64,000 bases of DNA. Source: Rotaria sp. (lineage: Eukaryota). The position numbers were made by a program, and so were the translations under genes. Positions 13,746-27,675 of the stretch are shown in pieces. Position 1 is the first letter of the stretch, and the number at the start of each line of letters is the position of its first letter. Below the pieces are notes generated by a model. It made no database searches, was not told where the DNA came from, and saw only the letters and a program-made list of their open reading frames with translations. The stretch spans positions 905,250 to 969,249 of the forward strand of contig CAJNOF010000004.1 in assembly GCA_905250055.1 (NCBI GenBank), given 5' to 3'.

Positions 13746-14028
13746 CTCATTTTCTCTATGTTTGAAATAATGAGACAAATGTTCGATTGTCGTGCTTGAA
13801 TATTCTTTGCCGAAAAGGTCAGCAAATGAAACAGAGTGAATGAAAGATATAATGTCATAGTTCATGTTATACAATTGTCAATGATAACCTCAACATTAAG
13901 GTCAATATTTCGAATCGAACATATAGTTTTGCACACAAAACAACCTTCATTTATTCTTCTATTCTCTGTCTAGTAGACAAGAGACATGGATACTTCCATG
14001 TTTGCTATCGCGCTGGGGCACACACATA

Positions 14029-14063
14029 CAAATACATATATATATAAATATATATATATATAT
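14029..14063. repeat. (TA)n/(ATAT) microsatellite
   Basis: Direct read: atatatataaatatatatatatataa. Confidence 0.85.
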
Positions 14064-17000
14064 AAAGAGGAAAAGAGAGGAAGAAGAGTAGATCCGCTCC
14101 GGAATAATTCGAAGAGGAAGACATCCAGAATCGATAATTGACATCATGAGACAGAAAGGAGAAAGGAAGAGGGATGCTTGACAAGAGGAGATGCGCGCTC
14201 TCGCACACTTGATAGAATCGATGAACGCCAATGACGATGAGTAAGAGAGCCTAGTTCAAGAGAGAAGGAAAGCGAGAAGTCAGTTTCTTTTCTTATTCTA
14301 CTACTACAACCCATATTCAACATAAATACATCTATTGATTATGCAAAAAGACAATTTCATTTAGAATTCACTTACTTCCTACTAATCTACTAACTTTGCA
14401 TTAAATTTAGTTCGAAACCTTTCGATCTATGACTACTAGAAGTTCTCTTTTTTTTTCTATTCTCAAGTTATCGTACTTACTCACTCGTTTGTATGCATTT
14501 TGCAAAAAAAAAAAAAAGATCAAATGCCGGAAAAATTAGTAGAGGAAGTGCTATGAAAATCAAAGCGAGGCTAATTTAGGCCGAAACCCTCTTTATTTTC
14601 TTTATATAACTAACTTCTGTTATGTGTATGTTTCATTCCTCTTCTTCTTTTTTTCTCGCTAATAACAACAACACTTTCCGATTGACTTTTGTTCACAATA
14701 CACAACAGATACAATTGACTCCATTCAAACATCATAAAAATAAAAGAAAAGAGTGTGTACCGTTTTTTTTTTCTCTTTTTATTTTTAATCACTAGACCTA
14801 AGTTAAAAGACTTTCTAAACTAACGATAGCAACAGAAAGAGAGCGAGAGAGAAAGAGAAAGAGAAAGAAAGAGAGCAGAGTACCACTAATTCGATTATCT
14901 CGAATTGCAGTCTTCGTTCGTCTGCAAATTAACATGTTTGATTTTTAACGATTAAGCAACATTCTCATAATTTGTGTATGCATATACAAGGCAGAATAAA
15001 CGAGATCAAAGCAAGAAAGACCGAAGTCAATGATGATGAGGATGAGGATGGCGACCGGCGATCAAGTACTTGGCATAAATAATTCTCACTCACTCACATC
15101 CACTTATTCTTAAACTGACTCAAAAAAAATCTGTTCTACATCAATAATAGATACAGCGTTAAAAGGCCTACTAACAACATCATCTTGTAAGCGTACGCAT
15201 ATGCGCACACGCAACTTACAAAAAAAAAAGAAAAAGGAGTCAAACTGAAATACTCATAAGAGGTAGTTGACGTCGCTACTATTGTTTGATGTCTTTATCT
15301 ATTGATAGTATTACTCTATAAATTGAATGAAAACGATTAAATTGAAAAAAGTAATGATAGTCTATCGGAAAAACTTCTTAATCGTTTTCTCTTTTATCTT
15401 TACCTAAAGTGTTGATTCCATTTTGCTCTTGTTTCTTTTGTATATATTTCAAACTGAAAAGAATAAAAAAATGAATTTGATGTAATCAAAAGAATTATAT
15501 GGTAAATACATATGATAATACATGTTTATATTCTAAAGTCTAATGGAATATTTTTAAGAAGATACTAACAATCTCAGATTCAATAATATAGCAAATACTG
15601 CTTTTAGTCTTAGAATTCTATCATTTATTACCGTTTCTGTCATTACATGTATTTTAAATTTAGCCTAGAAAATACACTGAGCATTTTTTATTTATGTAAT
15701 ACTCAATCAATTCGCAGAAAAAAATTCTTATGTTTCTAAATTATTCGAAATAATAATATTAATAATCAAATTCAAACATAAAAAAAAAAACATTTATTTT
15801 TCAATGAATCAAGTTTCAGAATATTCATTATCATCAAATATATTAATATTTAAAAATATTCTAGCTTCTAAACAGAATACCTTACTAACCTGTTTTGATT
15901 ATTGAATAGAATTTAATGAACTTTTTCTTTGCCTTATTCACAAAATATCTAATCATTAATAATAACAGAGAGAAAAAACTTTTTCTCCTAAGCAATTTTC
16001 CAGCAATTATGAAACCCTTTAACACATTATAATTATTTTCAGTTATTTCATATCATATGTTGCCAACATAAAATTCTTCATTGAATAATTAATGAGAAAT
16101 TATTTAAATGATTAAGAAAAAAAAAAAGTATTATGACGTTCCTTGTATATTATTCATTTCCTATTAAACATATAGATGTGAATTATCGTTTATAATAGAA
16201 TCATATGACTCAAATAGAAAAAAAAGCTATTATTATTATTTTATAATGATTGTCTGCATTAAATAAATTAATTTTTTTTTCGAAATAATATTATTATCTA
16301 ATGAAAATAAAAGTTTTGTTGTACTTACCAAAAGTCTAAACAGATCATCGAGCTTATCTAAGATCGACATAGATAGTTATTTTCGGGTCATCACTGACCA
16401 GACAGACGGACTGCGTATCATGTTTGTTTTTTTTTCTAAATTTTCAACAAAAAAAAATTTCCTTTGCCTTTTTGCAGAAGAAAATACAGCTATCAAAATA
16501 TACAGTAGAATATCTTTGCTAGTAGAAGTTAAGAAATGATTCTGTGATTAGTTTTGACTGAACATAAGTATAACTAACAATAGATTATTACTACGTTATT
16601 GTCTTATTTTTTTTCATTTCGTCCAATTACTGTTCGCATTTTCCAATCTAGCCATGTACAGTGTTGGTGTAAGAATATACCTTTTTTTGTAGCGGTATAT
16701 ACCTGCGTTTCGATGAACACTGTTGTGAATGTGTTAGTGAGCATTAACTGTACTGACGAGGGAATCTGTTTAGTTGCTGTTTTCAGAATTCAATGATTTT
16801 TTGCCTACAGGTACCTACATAGAAGCTTGGAGAGATTCGAGTTTCTGTTAAGATTTGATTAAACTATCGAGTATTTAATTTGTCTATTTTCTAGGTTCCA
16901 GAGTTTTGAAAAACTCTAATTTTCGAATATTGATCTGTAACTTTGCACATATTAAAAACTCAACTAGACTAACTTCCATAAAAAATTCCAGGCGTTTTGA

Positions 17001-20000
17001 ACACAGTTTCTTCGAGATATGAAACATTCAGCATATGCATGTTCTATGTATTGTAGATGGAGTCAGTCTGAATTTTTCAGGGCCGATAGCACTAACAGTC
17101 TGAGTAGGCCACATCACATCGGACCGGCCAGCCGCCGAAAAACTAGTAGGTCTTAAATCTATATCGATACTAGCCTAGCGACTTATCATACTATTTCATT
17201 CATTGATAATAATACTCGACGTAGTCAACTTTCAACAAACTTTCAGTACATATCTTCTAGGAGATAATAAGAGCAAAGAAATAAGCAAAATACACCGGTA
17301 AAGACCAGCCAGTAACTGATATCAGTTTGATTTCTGGTATACACTAGCCATGTAATAGGGCCTACATCTTGAAATTGTCAAATCTCAAAGGAACTTTGTG
17401 TGAAACTTCTGAATTTTTTTTTTATGAAACCTAGTCTAGTTGAATTCTTTATGTCTACAAAGTTTCAGGTGAGAATTCGAGCAAAAAACGATTTTTTTCC
17501 GAAAGCCTGGAATCCATAAAGTAGACATATTAAAAATTAGATAGTTTAGTTAAATCATCAAGAGACGCCCGCATGAATCAATGATCAGTAAATTGAAAGT
17601 GTACATTTGCTTTCTGATTGATGATTGTTCTTATGTTACATAAACCGGTGACAAGATCCTTATGATTCTTCAACTCATATTTACATTGTTGTAATATAGT
17701 AGATTTTCATCTCTAACTCAAGTTCATTCAAAATATTCCTACGAAAAAATAGATTTTTTAAAAACCGTTCATGTTTCTTTTATTTATATACCATATCAAA
17801 ACAATAAATATTTCGTATTGTCATATCGTCTTGATATACATAACTTCCTTGCCTTCTTGTTATGATACTCTTCTGTATTTTTTCAATTATCATCATAATA
17901 ATACTATGCAGAACAAAATATACAGGTTGGTTAGGTTAAGAAAACCGAATGAAAACCATAGACATTTTAAAGATGTTCTTAGTATGTCAGAGGTGAGTTA
18001 AATTTGAAAAAAGTAGACATGCTCCAGCTTTTCCTACTTACTAAAAACTCATTTTGTTAATGGACAATTGCAACAATTAGTTTTTTCTTGTTTTTACCAA
18101 AACGCTATTTGTCAAAAATAAAAAAATATTATCTTATATATAATCATTCCAGACTTCTTTTTTCGTTATCACGGATAAGAAATATTGAATTCGAACCATG
18201 TGTCAAAGATATTCAGTTATATTAAAAAAAAAGTTTAAATATTGATCGGTTTTTTAATTTAATATATCCCATGATTGAGACCAAACGATATATGTTTTTC
18301 ACAATCTAAATGCATTTCCAAATGTTTCTAAAGATCTGCAAACGAGTGAAGACTACTGATATCAACGAAGTCTCAATATCAATTGTATGAATAATTTAAA
18401 CACGACAGTTGCTCGGAAAAAAAAAGATTTTAGCATAGCATCTATTGACTACAATATGAAACAAAATGGAGCAATTTCCTAGAACAAATTGTAATCTGAA
18501 CAAAATGATTAATCTCTTACGACGGTTAAGCAGAACTTTAAAACATTCATTCATGAGGTCAGTAAGACAAGAAATTTTTAAAAAAACCCTCTCTTTTTTT
18601 TTAAGGTATGCATGTCGTGATTTCTATTCAGTCTAAGAGAACATTATTAAATTGTCACGTTACAAGTAATTTGAACTTAAATTCATATTCGTCATTCTAT
18701 GTCTGAACCAAAAAGGAAACAATTGAGGAGACTTGAAATGAAGCGTAAATTGTTATATGGTCTATGAAAATTAATTAGATTCTATTTATAAATCATAATA
18801 ATCAACAATAGTACACTTGAAATGAATGAAAACGTTCATAATAACAGTAAGTTTCAGATATATATTTATCATCAAAAAAATAATACATTAAAATCGAATG
18901 ATGGCACCCTTTGAATTAAAAGTTTTTCAAGCTATTTAGCTATTAATATTATGCGTGTATCAGTCAACAATCATGTTGTATCGTCGCTCATTTTATAAAT
19001 TTAGAAACTTAGATTGTTGATGTATTATTTCACCTATCCAGTCCTTTTTCTTGTTGTATAGAAATACAGAAATTCATTGTGATTCGAATCATAACTTATT
19101 CATAACTGGTTACAGAGGAATGGAAACAAGACTTTGTTCTTTTTCTCTATTGGTAAAAATAGACTGAATAACTATTACAAATTGCGGCAAGCATTTAAAT
19201 TACAAAAGCATATTGAAAAGTTTTCGACAAATTTCAAAAAAAGGTCTTAAAGCAAATACAAAAAAATCAATTTATTAACATCCAATATCTTCTTGATGAC
19301 GGATATTTTTTCTTAATTGGTCAAACCAAGCGTTTGTAATCTGGATGTAGTCTTATATCCATATGTGCAATAGTTTCGTAAAGAGACATGTGATAAAAAA
19401 TACAAAACTTCATAAAAAACAAAATTTCATATGCTATTAAAAATATCGCATAAGCATAATAAAAATCAAAAGCTTCCTAGTTTGAAAAAAAGAATGGTTT
19501 ATAGTATCTATACTACGGATATTTTCTATAATGTCTTTCAGAGTATCTCCCCAGTGTCTAAAATGAAAGCTATTTTTTGTACTCTTAACTATACACTTAA
19601 TATAGAGATGTCCTGAGGGATGAGGATATCGAATGGATAATCCTCGTAATCTGGAAACGTATTCGTTTTACTCCAGTCGAATTTCGATGCTTTTGGTCAT
19701 CATTTCCTTTAAAAAATCGCTTAACGCATCAAAATACGGTCAATTTGATCAAAAATCTGCTGATCGCTCTTCTGAATCATTGAAACATTCTTAACATTGC
19801 AGTCATGTTTTTCAGTAAAGACATATGAATAATAGACATTAAATATTTCATGACAATCATCATAATCAGACAGTTTTGTGCAATGAAATAAATATTTAAT
19901 CGATTAACTACATTTTAATTCAGGCGTTATTTGCTATGTGATTGTATTCATCTGCTAAACAATTATGCCACAGATACTTTAATCAATATGCTGGGAAAAA

Positions 20001-21598
20001 AACAGGTTTTATTGTTTAAATGATTTATTGTACTATTTTAGTTTACTTTAAACATCAAATATAATCAAAATGTATTTTGTTGTCTTTTAAGCAGATAGTT
20101 TTATTATCATTTAGTCTTCGTAATTTTTGATAGATAAATATTCACACACGACTGACGATGACCGACTTTCTTGAGAAAACAAGGTGATGAGAGTCGAATA
20201 TAGAACAAAATCAGGTATGCAACATTGTGGGAAACCTTAGAAAATCATACATGAATTGTATACTTAAGTGGATTTATAAAAAAGGAGAAATACAGCCTTG
20301 CATTTGAATTTAATTCTATTATTTTTTTTAGATTGAAAATGTGACGTAGATGTCACTACTTATTAGTAGATCATTACATATATCAGTGTAATGATGAAAA
20401 GTTAAACATTGTTCATTAAACATATTATATAAAATCATTGATTTTCGAAGAAATATTTCTATGCTTGATATTTTTGACAAAATAGAGACAAAGACCTCAA
20501 TTTTGATTGGTTAGAACATCCTTTGTTCATTCTTGCTTAGTGGTAGTTATAAAAGTTAAAAATAGATTGCCGTGCCGTGCACTTACTGACACCCAGAAAT
20601 TGTCTGTAGAGGTCAATGTGTGGTAGTTTATTAGTTAGCTTGCAATTGTACAAAAGGACGAAAAAGTTTTACGATGATTACATTCTTAATATTACTACTC
20701 AATAATGCAAATTTTTTTTTTATTTTTCTTTTTCCTATCTATTAGCTTTGCTTCATTTCATACATGCTTTACTATATTGTACGTTGTGTGTGTACACATT
20801 AAGACATACGATGTGTGATTGAAATTTCACAACATTTACCACACAATATGAATCACTCTCGAAACAAATATTTCATAATGAATGATAGAGAATATTTGAG
20901 CTTTTCTTGTTCTCTAATATAGATTGAGTATCTCAATTAAATTATTTTGTAAAACTAAAATAAGATATTGATATCTTGATAAAGGTAAGAAAATAGAATT
21001 AAAGCATTATCTATCTCTATATTTCTTCTCATCGATCCTTGGAGACATTTCATCTAATTAAATATTTTTCTCATGTATTTCCGCTTCTCAACAAGGTCAA
21101 TGCTACTTAATGTTACTAGAAAAACAGCTGCCGAGGTAATGCTTATTTTCCGGAAATAAATTAATGTATTCTAATTATTAACATTGTATACTCAATAATT
21201 TAATCTTAAAGGATTTTTACTATGTATTTAGAAAAAAAACCTTATAATTTTTTATTTTGGTAAAATAAATGACTTTTAGTTGACTTAATTATATTTTTTC
21301 CTTTCTTTTTAAATATTATTGTGTTCGTTAGATGACCAACGATAGATATATATAGATGGTCACGTACACGAGAGAGTGATTTTCGTTCTTTTCCGTCTGT
21401 TTGGTCTCTAGTGCATCCTAAACGTAGCGGTCGTTCTTTGTCCATATCGTTCACCGATGCTAACACATCGCTGCATACATGAACAGAGAAAAAAAAAAAA
21501 AGAAGGAAACAATGGAGAAAGAAGTTCAACATGAGACGTTAATTTTTGTTTTCAGATTTATTTAAATAAATAAAGAAACAAAAAAAAACCTTAAGACA

Positions 21599-24500
21599 AT
21601 GACAGATACACTAACTGATGATGATATTATTGAAATTCGTTCATCGACGAATCGACCAACAACATCAACTTCGACTTCATCGATAACAACAACTCGCCGA
21701 CCAATGTTTATTGAAACAGAAGCACGAACTGATACGGTCACAACACGTCGAATGGCATCTGCTGCTGCTAATCGAAGTGTACATGATGTACTTGAAAATA
21801 CAAAATCACCTACGCAGTAAATTAGTTTTCTTTTTAATTAAATTTTTTTTCCATATAAATCTTTTTTGTTTTTTTTGTCTAGTGATCGTCAGTCGACGAG
21901 TTACACATATGCTCATAGGTTAGTATTAAAATAGACGAAAATCGATAAATTGAATAGCGATTACTAACCAGATATAGACCTGATCGTAGGAGTTTATTGC
22001 TGTTAACTCTATAAAGATTTGTTATTGGATACATACGATTTGTTAATTGACTTGATCTCACAATGCAGGACATTGCATATAGGTGAGAGTTTTTGTGCAT
22101 CCTAAAGGAGCACTGATTATAGATAGTTGTTAGTGCCAACAACTTCGTTATAATTTGATGTTGATCTTCAAACATTTAATCTATTTCATTTGTTTGAAGT
22201 TCTAATTATTAGCTGAGATTAAAGATGTAAGCCTATCGGTTGAGACGCCGTCCGTAGTAATTACTGAAGATTCTAGCCCCCGTTCCCGATACACAATAAT
22301 AGATATTTAAATTTAAAAGATTTTTTGATGTCTCAAATAAGTTCTTGGAGATATTACAGTCGGGTTTCTATTCAATGAGTTCTTCACCATCAATTTTTCT
22401 CGTAAATATCGCAATTTTTAGAACTTTTTTAAAAATTATTGAAAAATTTCATCTGGTGAAGTTACAAATCTTTGATTTAGACTTTCATTTGATAGTAATA
22501 TTTGAATCATAAAGATCTCATGATTTTCAAATTATTGAAAACGATTCTTTACCATTTAAAACAATAAAATATTCAAAATCAATTCATCTTAGATCTATTT
22601 TAAAAATTTTATTTTATTTTTTTCTAGCAATGCATATGCACCTGCATCACGACCAAGTACATTCGATATTCCCGTAATGGCTCGACGTAATTTACATGAT
22701 GAAGATCAAGGTCGTACAACATCAGTATTTTCATTACCATCCCAATTTTTATCTAATGTTCGATCACAATTAAATAATGGTTATGATACTATTCGTCATG
22801 GTATATCAAATTTAGCTGGTCATGAACACGACTCAACATCAAGTTCACCTACACATGGTATCACTAGTAGTGGTACACGATTTTCTCGTACATCATCACA
22901 ATCATCAGGATCAGGTAGTCGACCAACAGGTTATAATCTTCGTTCACGTCCAGTTCATTCAACACCACGTGATACGGATAATGAACAACAAGAACAACAA
23001 CAACCTAAACAACATAAAATACCAACTAAACATCGAAAAGATCATCATCAACAAGGAGAAATTGATGAAGAAGATGACGATGATAATAAACATAAACGTT
23101 CAAAAAATATGAATTATTATTTACGAAAAGCTTTTCATTTACCTGTTCAAATTTTTGATACAATATGGGATAAATTAAAAGTTTTACCATGGTGGTTACT
23201 ACTTCCACTTCTTATTTTTCTTGGTCTTTATGCATGTAAGTTGACAAAAAGAAAATTTTTTTTTTTTTTTTGTTATTATAAATTCTACTTGATTATTTTT
23301 TTTTTATTATCTTAAGTACCTTATTTCGTTTGTAAACCATTTGAAAAATATCATCATTCAAGCGTTAATAATATGTGTCGAAATATTGATGATTATACAC
23401 AGAATTTAACACATAAGACATATGATTTTACACGTCGTCATACATTTGATCGTGGTATTCATAATTTTAAACAATTTTATCGTTCATCAACTGATATAAA
23501 AGATTCTCTATTAAATTCTTTAAATGATGTATATCATTCAATAAAAGAATCTTTACAAGGTTCAGTTCATAATGTTAAAAATCGTGTTTCTGATGTTGTT
23601 GAAACAACAACTGATAATGCTAAAGAATATTATGATGCTGGTATACAAAAAGTTAATCATCTTATTGAAGAACTTAAACAAGAACGTGAAAAAATTCTTG
23701 GAACGTAAGTTCTACAAAAAAGAAAAATATGTTTGTATTGAATTTTATTTTATTTCTTTTTTTTTGCTTTTAGACGTCATACATTAAAACCTGATCAAGA
23801 AAAAGAATTAGGAGAAGTAAATAGAAAATTTTCTTAAGAAAAATATTTTACACATTAAATTTTTTTTTATTTTAGTTAGTTCGAAAATTAATTGATGAAT
23901 ATGCAGCTGATGAAACTGGTCAAGCTGATTATGCACTTGAAGCTAATGGTAAATAAATACAATAACACAATGAAAGAATCTTTTTTTTGTTTTGTAATTT
24001 GTCCTTTAGGAGGAAAAATTGTTGATGTACGTTGTCACGAATATACAGATGAACCTCGAACAAATGTTGTTAAATTTCTCGGTATACCAATTGTTCATAT
24101 GTCAAAACAACCAGAGATAATGATAAAAGTTTGTTATTTTTAATTTAATTTCATTTATTTATATAAAAAAAAAAAAAATTAAATATTTGTAGCATGGACG
24201 TATGCCTGGTCAATGTTTTCCATTTAAAGGTGATCATGGAAGTATTGTTATTCGATTAGCTGTACCTGTTATACCAACAGAATTTGTACTTGAACATTTG
24301 TCAAAAGTTATTTCAATTGTTGGACATATAAATAGTGCACCAAATAATTTTACAATTTATGTAAATTTGAACAAAAAAAAAAAATTTAAATATAGAGTAA
24401 TAATGATGAATTTTTGTTTTTTGTTTTTAAGGCTTTGAAAGATAAACATGATAAAGAAGGTATTGTTCTTGGTCGATATTATTATGATGCTGAAAATGGT

Positions 24501-24733
24501 CCAGCACTTCAACGTTTTAAACCTCAAGTATATATTTCAGTTTTATTTTGTTCAATCAAATAAAAATTATATATATATATATTTTTTTTATTATGTTTTA
24601 GATTTCTAATGTACCCGTTGTTGAATATATTGAAGTACAAGTAACATCAAATTGGGGTAATCCAAATTATACATGTTTATATAGATTTCGTGTTCATGGT
24701 GACATTCAAAGTGTTGCACCAACAGCTGCCTAA
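21599..24733 (+). CDS. SUN-domain (Sad1/UNC-84) nuclear envelope protein, 9 exons
   Basis: Exons: 21599-21816, 22628-23235, 23317-23704, 23774-23816, 23876-23948, 24010-24128, 24193-24360, 24432-24527, 24602-24733, all with GT..AG introns and consistent phases. There is one TM helix ([17 protein letters not shown]) at the end of exon 2. The C-terminal exons encode a canonical SUN domain: [12 protein letters not shown]...[32 protein letters not shown]...SAPNNFTIY...[14 protein letters not shown]...[21 protein letters not shown]. The first intron is about 810 bp and the rest are 50-90 bp. The N-terminal region is Thr/Ser-rich with an acidic patch. Confidence 0.9.
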
Positions 24734-24739
24734 AATAAA
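24734..24739 (+). terminator. AATAAA polyadenylation signal immediately after SUN stop codon
   Basis: aataaa overlaps or follows the TAA stop (gcctaaaataaaag). Such motifs also occur by chance in AT-rich DNA. Confidence 0.35.
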
Positions 24740-25859
24740 AGAAAAAAAACTAATGTATTATTGTTTAAACTTTATTCTATTTTCATCATTTCGATTGTTC
24801 ATATTGAATAAATTCGTTTTGATGTGTATTGTATTATTAATCATTGTTTGTTTGTATAACATTTAAATAATACGCTTAGTTTGTTTTTTTTTTTCGTATG
24901 ATTGTGTATTAAGAAAACACATTAAGAAAAAAAAACGTATGAAATATTATTTGAATATTCTTTTTTTTTTTCTCTGTTTCTGTCGTATATGTTTATGTAT
25001 TGTATTTGTTCAATCTCGCCTTTTTTTTTCTTGTTTTTGTCTATAACTTGTGTTCATATGTGTGTAATTGTTGGTGTGCTTCTTTTTCGTTTTTCGTCGT
25101 CTAACGTATATTTGAAAATAAAACTATAGACGTTTTTTCCAATTACAGTAGTAGATTATTGATATTTATTTTGTGTATTTATTTGAGACTTTGGTGCATG
25201 AAAATACTTGTAATAGAAGAAGAGAGACTGATATAGACAGCATATTATTTATTATACTAAATTCTAGTTCGATAAAATTCAACTCATTAGTTTCGCTTCG
25301 TATCGAATGGGCAACGTCATCTTAATGGCAAAGATGAGCTCTGGTAAAGTGTTTCAGAACGAGTCCGTGGAGAAAATATCAGATTTCAAGATTTCATGAG
25401 ACTGCAATAGATTTTAAAAGCTGTAAGTGCAGTGCCTGCTGGATTAAAATGTGAAACACAATGTAGTTACTGTTGGTAAATAAAGCGAGATTGTTTCTTC
25501 TATTTATTGTGTGACACAGTTCTTAACCATCGTGTCATTCAATCTTTCAGAAATGCAATAAGAAAGTGATCTATATATTAGAACGAGATTTTACTTATAA
25601 ACGATCTGTGATCTGTCATACTCATTTCATCGCCAGCATGCTAGGATTCTATACAAATCCAAGCTTATTATAGGATAGTCTCCTGTTTTTGATGATGCAA
25701 AGGCGAAACGAACAAAAGAGAAAACCTCCAAAACTAGTCATAAGGTCAGTACAATATCTACTTAAAAGGCACACAATCTTAGCAAAACTTGGAAAACCAC
25801 GCTAACTTATTTTTGGGTACGCCGAAAACAACTTCGGCCTTGTAGTTATTCAAGAGGTC

Positions 25860-26290
25860 CATTTTTAAATGCAAGGACAAGTTAGCACGTATGATGAAAT
25901 GTTGAACGACACAATATGCTGCATCGAATACTCTTCAATGACATCAGAAGGACAAGACAGTATTAGACTGCTGAGAAGTTCTAGTTTTACCAAACTATTA
26001 CAAGAAATGCTTACATACCTACAGAACATGAAAGCGACATAGAAAATAATGCTGTCGACGAATATCTGCAGCAATATATCAGTAAAATTCCACCAAACTA
26101 TGTTTTAATCTTAACTGGCGACCTGAACGCAAGGCTAAAAGCTGAAAGTCGTTCAATAAATCAATGCGTAATAGGTAAACTTATGTCTGAAGACAACCAA
26201 TGACTATGGCAACTGGCTTTTTAAGGTTCTTCTAAAAATGTTGGTTTCAGTTTAAATGGTCACAATTAATATAAATGCAGAGAAAGATAC
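25860..26290 (+). mobile_element. Degenerate non-LTR retrotransposon (LINE) remnant, AP-endonuclease (EEP) domain fragment
   Basis: The plus-frame translation ...NNAVDEYLQQYISKIPPNYVLILTGDLNARLKAESRSINQCVIGKLMSEDNQ* matches the conserved I/V-L-x-GDxNAR motif of LINE/RTE APE-type endonucleases. Frameshifts and stops follow (NGNWLFKVLL... in another frame), so the copy is inactive. Confidence 0.35.
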
Positions 26291-27617
26291 TCTGTGAACT
26301 GATCTTTCAGAAATACCAAGATTTTTTTATTCCGTATTTCCTTTTTTTTTACCGAAAGTTTTTATAATTTCTGTTATCGTTCTCTCAAAAAATATGCGGT
26401 TTCCAAAAAGAAACCAAAAACGTTTTTCGTTTTTCTCTGTTTTTGGTTTAAAAGATCATGTCAAAATGCAGGGCATGACAAAGTCCCTTTTCCTGATTTA
26501 TAGGCACCATGCGCGTTTCAGATCTCCACTTTATTAAGGCACACTATAGAATCGTTCAAAAAAAAATTGAATAAATTCGCTACAAAACCCGTTCTTTCTT
26601 CTCTTATATCGATAGACAAACGGTTTAACTAGTGCAGAATAAGTGTACTGAAGAATCCTTCAGAGACTATTGTAATGTTCGAAGATAATCGACCAACCAA
26701 GTAAAGGTTTGTCTTATGTCTTTCTGTATCGCGAACAGAAATTTTTGTATATTTTCTACGGACACTCTGTTTTTTGTTGACATTATTGCTGTTTGCTTAG
26801 TATTTTTTATTTTTTTTCAATTCGTTTTTCTTAGTTTAACATTCTTATTATTATAATCATGGAGTTGATTGGCCAATAAGTCTGTTTTACATATCCATGG
26901 TATTTACAGCAGATTTTAGGCATCCTTATGTATACTAATCAATTCACAGACAATGATATGCATTCTTTTTCAAAATTATAATTTGATCAATTTTGAAAAA
27001 AAAAACTCTAAAAAGTCCGACGCTTGTGTTTCGTCGAAACTATATGTGAGTACCACAAAAGGCTTATACTGTTACTTTAAATTCTAATATATTCAGTTAA
27101 TAATAAATGGCATAATGTAAAAATAAATAGAAGTAAATGAAAACATAAATATAAAAATAAACAAATAATCAATAGCTCAAGTATTTGGAAAAAGAATAAT
27201 TGGATTAGTTTCATAAATAATATTAACTTATTAAAAAAAGACGATTCTAGATGAGATAGGATCAAAGAAGCAACACGAGAACCACGAAACATGACAGTGT
27301 TCTTGTATGTAAATCTTATTTTATTGTTGGTTTTTGTGTTGCCTTTCTTGTATCAAGTGAAAATTCTATGACATTATTATTTCTTTTTAATTGTCTTGTT
27401 GTTGCTAATGACGATGACTGTTTTTCAAGACGCTCGTGATCATCTATAGATATTGCGCTGGATGATAATATAGGACTAGGGTCTGTTCGGTGTGCGGTTA
27501 CTATACGTCGATTATTGTTCACATGAGCATAATTTAAAACATTCAATGTAACACAAACTAGAGTTCCAGTGGATAGTGATTTTTTTCATATAGAATCGAA
27601 TCAGTCGGTAGACCGGC

Positions 27618-27675
27618 ATGAGTAACTGGGTGTGAGTGTGGGTATAGATGGATAAGAGACCAACACTCACACCCT
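27618..27675. repeat. Hairpin repeat copy: GGGTGTGAGTGT-(25 nt)-ACACTCACACCC, member of a small dispersed family
   Basis: A perfect 12-bp inverted repeat flanks a 25-nt loop. Related copies occur at ~32048-32120 (ggtgtgggtgtgg...ccacacc) and ~44778-44830, with a partial copy at ~43296-43325. It is flanked by GC-rich segments (gtcggtagaccggc ... ggtcgagtccggcctcagaccgtctac). Confidence 0.45.

Noticed and set aside
11446-14231. Several 60-136-aa ORFs on both strands (for example 11774-12184 minus, 13667-13858 minus, 14005-14208 minus)
   Set aside because: Their length is produced by (GA)n/(CT)n/(TA)n microsatellites (ERERERER, SLSLSL, IYIYIY translations). There is no protein-like composition and no splice-consistent structure.
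17085-17165. Short GC-rich island (gggccgatagcactaacagtctgagtaggccacatcacatcggaccggccagccgccg) considered as a possible snRNA or other structured ncRNA gene
   Set aside because: There is no match to U1/U2/U4/U5/U6 conserved boxes, no Sm site or 3' box, and no convincing long stem. It is more likely a fragment of the same GC-rich repeat family seen at ~27590 and ~32257, which is mentioned under findings instead.
22822-23208. ORFs 22822-23112 (plus) and 23026-23208 (minus) overlapping SUN exon 2
   Set aside because: They are off-frame or antisense ORFs generated by the Q/H/N-rich low-complexity coding sequence of SUN exon 2.
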